Position numbers and translations under genes: made by a program. Positions 60,617 through 64,000 of a stretch of 64,000 bases of DNA are shown in pieces; the first letter of the stretch is position 1, and every line of letters begins with the position of its first letter. The notes under the pieces are model-generated. The model was given only the letters and a program-made list of their open reading frames with translations. It made no database searches and was not told the DNA's origin. The DNA is from Planctomycetota bacterium (lineage in GTDB: Bacteria; Planctomycetota; MHYJ01; WSZJ01). Location of the stretch: positions 229,301 through 293,300 of the forward strand of contig JBBTCT010000022.1 of assembly GCA_038060895.1 (NCBI GenBank), in the 5' to 3' direction.

Positions 60617-62493
60617 TGGAACGGCCCATGGGGGGAGCGCGCCGTCCGGCGCCGGGAGGCACCAGCGCCAAGATGGGCGGGACGGGACAGCACCGTGCGG
60701 TCCGACCCGCGCCGGGGCACACCCCCGCGGGAACGCCACCGCCGTCGGACACCAGCCACCTGAGACGGACGGACGGCGGGCACAGCGCCGGCCACGGCGG
60801 GGGACACGCCGCCGGCCCCGCGCGCTCTCCGGGGACCTCCAGCGGGTCGCTCGGCGGCATGGGCCTCGGCGCCAAGTTCGCGCTCTTCATCGCCCTCACC
60901 GTCGCCATCGCCAGCTCCTTCCTCGTCGTCGGCGGGTACTACTCCGTCGCGAAGGAAATGGACCAGGAGATCGACGAAGCGGGCGTTCGGCTGACGAAGC
61001 TCGCCGCGGCGACGGCGTGGCCGATCATCAAGAAGCACATGGACGCCGGCGATGACAACCCGCGCGAGAAGCTGCTCGAGAACCTCAACAACATGGTCAA
61101 GCTGGTCGATCCCACGAACCAGCCGGCCTACAAGAAGCTCGACGACGAGAACCGCAACAAGTGGCTGAAGGCCATCCTGGAATCCAGCGACATCGACCCT
61201 TACAGCCTCCTGACCAATTCGACGATGGAGCTCGAAACCCCCGAGATCATCAACATCATCATCCTCCTGCCGAACGGGCGGGATTACATCGCCTCCATGA
61301 AGCGAGACCCGATCACCCTTGGAAATCCGACGCCTCGCGCCAAGATCGGCGGCGTGGAGATCCAGGAGGGCATCTACTCCTCCGGCAACAACGTCCGGGT
61401 GCGGCTCTTCAAGAAGCCCGTCCTCGACCAGAACGGAACCGAGCGCGGCACCGTGCAGGTCTACCTGAAGGCCGCGAAGATCGACGCGGCGAAGTCGCAC
61501 ATCCTGACGGCCATGATGATCCCGCTGCTCTTCGCGATCGTCATCGGCGCCGGCATCGGCTTCTACCTGTCCACGATCGTGACCAAGCCGCTCAAGACGC
61601 TCATCAGCGACATCCAGATCGTGTCGCAGGGTGACCTCGAGCACGAGACGAAGGCGCGGTCCACCGACGAGATCGGGTACCTCGCGCGGACGTTCAACCT
61701 CATGACGAAGAGCCTCGCGGTGGCGCACACGGCGGAGCTGCAGACCAAGGCGATGGAGCACGAGTTGAGCATCGCCGTGGACATCCAGTCGAACCTGTTG
61801 CCTAAGCGCATCCCGAAGATCCCGAAGTTCGAGATCGGCGCGTACTACCGGCCGTCAAAGGAAGTCGGCGGCGACTACTACGACTTCATCCAGATCGACC
61901 AGAACCACCTGGGCGTGATCGTGGCCGACGTGTCGGGCAAGGGCATTCCCGGGTCGATGGTGATGACGATGGCGCGGTCGCTTATCCGGATGGAAGCGGA
62001 GCGAAATCTGTCCACGGCCGACACGCTGATCAAGACGAACCGCATCCTCGCGCGCGACATCCGCCGCGGAATGTTCGTGACGTGCCTCTACGCGCTCATC
62101 GACGTGCAGAAGAACTCGATGCTCGTCTCGAGCGCCGGGCACAACCCGATGGTGGTCTACCGCAAGGCGACCAACAAGTACGAGCTGATCAACCCCAACG
62201 GCATCGCCCTCGGTTTCGACAAGGGCCCGATCTTCGAGCGCACCATCAAGGAACAGTCGATCCCGTACGGCCCGGGCGACCGCTTCGTCCTCTACACCGA
62301 CGGCGTCGTCGAGGCCATGAGCCCCCGGAACGTCGAGTTCGGGGACGAACGTTTCTACAAGATGGTCCAGACCCTCGCCGACAAGGATTCGAACGTGTTC
62401 ATCAACACCATCGTGAAGGCGCTCGACGACCACCAGGGCGACGGGGAGCAGCACGACGACATCACGCTCGTTACGGTGAGGGTGCTGGGCTAG
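60616..62493 (+). CDS. membrane HAMP-domain PP2C/SpoIIE-type phosphatase (RsbU-like)
   Basis: The start overlaps the GGDEF stop (TGATG). A low-complexity N-terminus is followed by the TM segment 'FALFIALTVAIASSFLVV' and the HAMP motif 'IGYLARTFNLMTKSL'. The PP2C domain has 'GGDYYDF', 'VADVSGKGIPGS', 'LYTDGVVEA' and 'HDDITLV'. Confidence 0.85.
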   Translation: MERPMGGARRPAPGGTSAKMGGTGQHRAVRPAPGHTPAGTPPPSDTSHLRRTDGGHSAGHGGGHAAGPARSPGTSSGSLGGMGLGAKFALFIALTVAIASSFLVVGGYYSVAKEMDQEIDEAGVRLTKLAAATAWPIIKKHMDAGDDNPREKLLENLNNMVKLVDPTNQPAYKKLDDENRNKWLKAILESSDIDPYSLLTNSTMELETPEIINIIILLPNGRDYIASMKRDPITLGNPTPRAKIGGVEIQEGIYSSGNNVRVRLFKKPVLDQNGTERGTVQVYLKAAKIDAAKSHILTAMMIPLLFAIVIGAGIGFYLSTIVTKPLKTLISDIQIVSQGDLEHETKARSTDEIGYLARTFNLMTKSLAVAHTAELQTKAMEHELSIAVDIQSNLLPKRIPKIPKFEIGAYYRPSKEVGGDYYDFIQIDQNHLGVIVADVSGKGIPGSMVMTMARSLIRMEAERNLSTADTLIKTNRILARDIRRGMFVTCLYALIDVQKNSMLVSSAGHNPMVVYRKATNKYELINPNGIALGFDKGPIFERTIKEQSIPYGPGDRFVLYTDGVVEAMSPRNVEFGDERFYKMVQTLADKDSNVFINTIVKALDDHQGDGEQHDDITLVTVRVLG

Positions 62494-62542
62494 GCGCGTC
62501 CTGAGGTTGGCGGCGTGAATTCAACACCTGGGAGAGCAGCGG

Positions 62543-62989
62543 ATGGGTGAAGTGCACGACCGGATCGTCATCACGAACGACACCAAGTTCCTCGGTTTCG
62601 TGCGCGAGTTCATGTCGCGCATGATCCGCCAGTCGTCGCTCTCCCGCGAGGACGAGAACAAGATCATCCTCGCGGTGGACGAAGCCGTCGCGAACATCAT
62701 CGAGCACGCGTACGAGAACCAGCGCGAGGGGACGATCGACGTCGAGTGCCTGGCCGACCCGGTGAAGTTCGTCGTGACGATCCGCGACTCCGGCCACCAG
62801 TTCAGCCCGGAAGCCATCGAGACGCCGAGCATCGAAGGGCACGTGAAGATGAAGAAGAAGAAGGGCCTGGGCATCTACCTGATGCGCCTCATCATGGACG
62901 AGGTGCGCTACACGTTCCGCGAGGGAATCCAGAACGAACTCGTGCTCGTCAAGTACATCGGGGGAAAGCCCAAGGCACCGCAGGCTTAG
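62543..62989 (+). CDS. anti-sigma-type Ser kinase (RsbW/SpoIIAB-like HATPase)
   Basis: 'ILAVDEAVANIIEHAY' (N-box), 'IRDSGHQF' and 'KKGLGIYLMRLIMDEV'. Confidence 0.85.
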   Translation: MGEVHDRIVITNDTKFLGFVREFMSRMIRQSSLSREDENKIILAVDEAVANIIEHAYENQREGTIDVECLADPVKFVVTIRDSGHQFSPEAIETPSIEGHVKMKKKKGLGIYLMRLIMDEVRYTFREGIQNELVLVKYIGGKPKAPQA

Positions 62990-63047
62990 TTCCGTTGAGT
63001 CAGCCGGGGAGGATCGCTAGAATCCCCGTCCAACATCGAGGAATCAG

Positions 63048-63395
63048 ATGGCCGAGTTCCACATCCAGACCAAGAAGCTGAACAACAACATCGTCTTCAT
63101 CGCGGTGCAGGGTTTTCTCGACGCCCACACCTTCGAGGAGATGGAGAAGACGATCAACGACCTCTTCGACGGCGGCACCTACCGCCTCGTGGTCGACCTC
63201 TCCAAGCTCGACTACATCTCCAGCGCCGGCGCGGGCGTCTTCATCGGCGCGATCGGCACCGCGCAGGAGAACGACGGGAACATCGTCCTCATGAAGCCGA
63301 GCCCGAACGTGAAGGAAGTCTTCGACCTGCTCGGCCTCAGCCAGATCTTTCCGTTCGCCAACGACGTCGACGGAGCTTCGAAACTGTTCGCGTAG
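63048..63395 (+). CDS. STAS-domain anti-sigma-factor antagonist (RsbV/SpoIIAA-like)
   Basis: 'LVVDLSKLDYISSAGAGVFIG' (phosphorylatable Ser context) and 'VKEVFDLLGL'. Confidence 0.9.
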   Translation: MAEFHIQTKKLNNNIVFIAVQGFLDAHTFEEMEKTINDLFDGGTYRLVVDLSKLDYISSAGAGVFIGAIGTAQENDGNIVLMKPSPNVKEVFDLLGLSQIFPFANDVDGASKLFA

Positions 63396-63471
63396 AGGGG
63401 CCGGGCCGGAATCAGAAATGAAGTCGCCCGGAGCGGAATCGCTCCGGGCGAAGTTGTTTTCGGGGACTCCG

Positions 63472-64000
63472 TCATTCGCCGCGGCGCGCCCAGTCGATGA
63501 CGCGCTTCCAGAATGGGTAGAACCACGGCTCGTCTCCGCTGCGGAACCTCCATCGCCAGGTTTCGTCGGTGGCGGAGCAGAAGACGCGGCCGCGGCCGGT
63601 TTTCCTCGTGACGAATAGCGGCATGCGCCGGTCTTCGGGGCCGCATTCCACAAGCGCCTGCGCGTCCGCCTTGCAGCGGGTCGCAAGAAGCCAATGGATT
63701 CCCGGGATGCCGTCGCTGCGGCGGTCTCTGTCCTCCCAGACTTCCGTGGAGGGCGCCGGATTGGCCGAAAACGAAGTGATCGAGCTCAGGATCCCGAAGT
63801 CGGTCAGCCTGTATGCGTAGACAGCGGGTGATTCGGGGAGCGGCGTGTCGATTTCCACCGGCAGGAGCGGCTGAAGGTCCTTCTCGTCCCAGAGACTCGG
63901 CATCGCCTGTTCGCCGGCGATCAGGATGAGGCCGCCGCCCTCTTCCGCGACCCACGTGACCAGATTCTGCCAGCACATCCAGGACGCCATGTCCGGAGTC
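63472..64000 (-). CDS. C-terminal part of a GATase1-like/BatA-neighbourhood-type protein (gene continues beyond the window)
   Basis: The frame is open to the window edge. 'LVTWVAEEGGGLILIAG', 'RGRVFCSATDETWRWR'. The family assignment is tentative. Confidence 0.5.
   Translation of the reverse strand, partial: TPDMASWMCWQNLVTWVAEEGGGLILIAGEQAMPSLWDEKDLQPLLPVEIDTPLPESPAVYAYRLTDFGILSSITSFSANPAPSTEVWEDRDRRSDGIPGIHWLLATRCKADAQALVECGPEDRRMPLFVTRKTGRGRVFCSATDETWRWRFRSGDEPWFYPFWKRVIDWARRGE

Overview
High-GC bacterial chromosomal segment. Hand counts on sample lines give about 65-70 % GC, with three lower-GC patches. I see about 60 credible CDS, 2 tRNA genes, 1 complete insertion sequence, several gene remnants and several families of short intergenic repeats. 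No rRNA or CRISPR array is present. The gene content suggests a Planctomycetota/PVC-like organism, but this is inference only. That content includes a prepilin-type protein starting '[25 protein letters not shown]', three FGE-sulfatase (SUMF1) domain fusions, Ser/Thr kinases beside an ECF sigma factor, HEAT-repeat proteins and PPK2. Most long antisense ORFs in the six-frame track are high-GC artefacts. All product calls rest on motifs I recognise by eye; nothing was searched. Observations most worth a second look: (1) A 2,136-bp IS1595-family element (43427-45562) has perfect 21-bp inverted repeats and a 7-bp target duplication. Its cargo includes two long-variable-arm (type II) tRNAs. One has a Ser-like body with anticodon CCA (Trp codon), the other a Leu-like body with anticodon UGG (Pro codon). 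This could be a mobile mistranslation or recoding module. (2) An enhancer-binding-protein gene lacks the GAFTGA motif yet sits just upstream of a near-consensus sigma-54 -24/-12 promoter. That promoter precedes a compact five-gene cassette (25110-28015) of small beta-rich paralogues plus a glycine-rich fibre-like protein, followed by a low-GC island. (3) Two translationally coupled paralogues each contain two secretin-like modules. (4) A non-canonical Hsp70 triad combines a GrpE-like protein, a lid-less Hsp70 and an HPD-less J-like membrane protein. (5) Intergenic hairpins are built from tandem oligomer repeats that recur at several loci. (6) At least four gene remnants look like products of large internal deletions.
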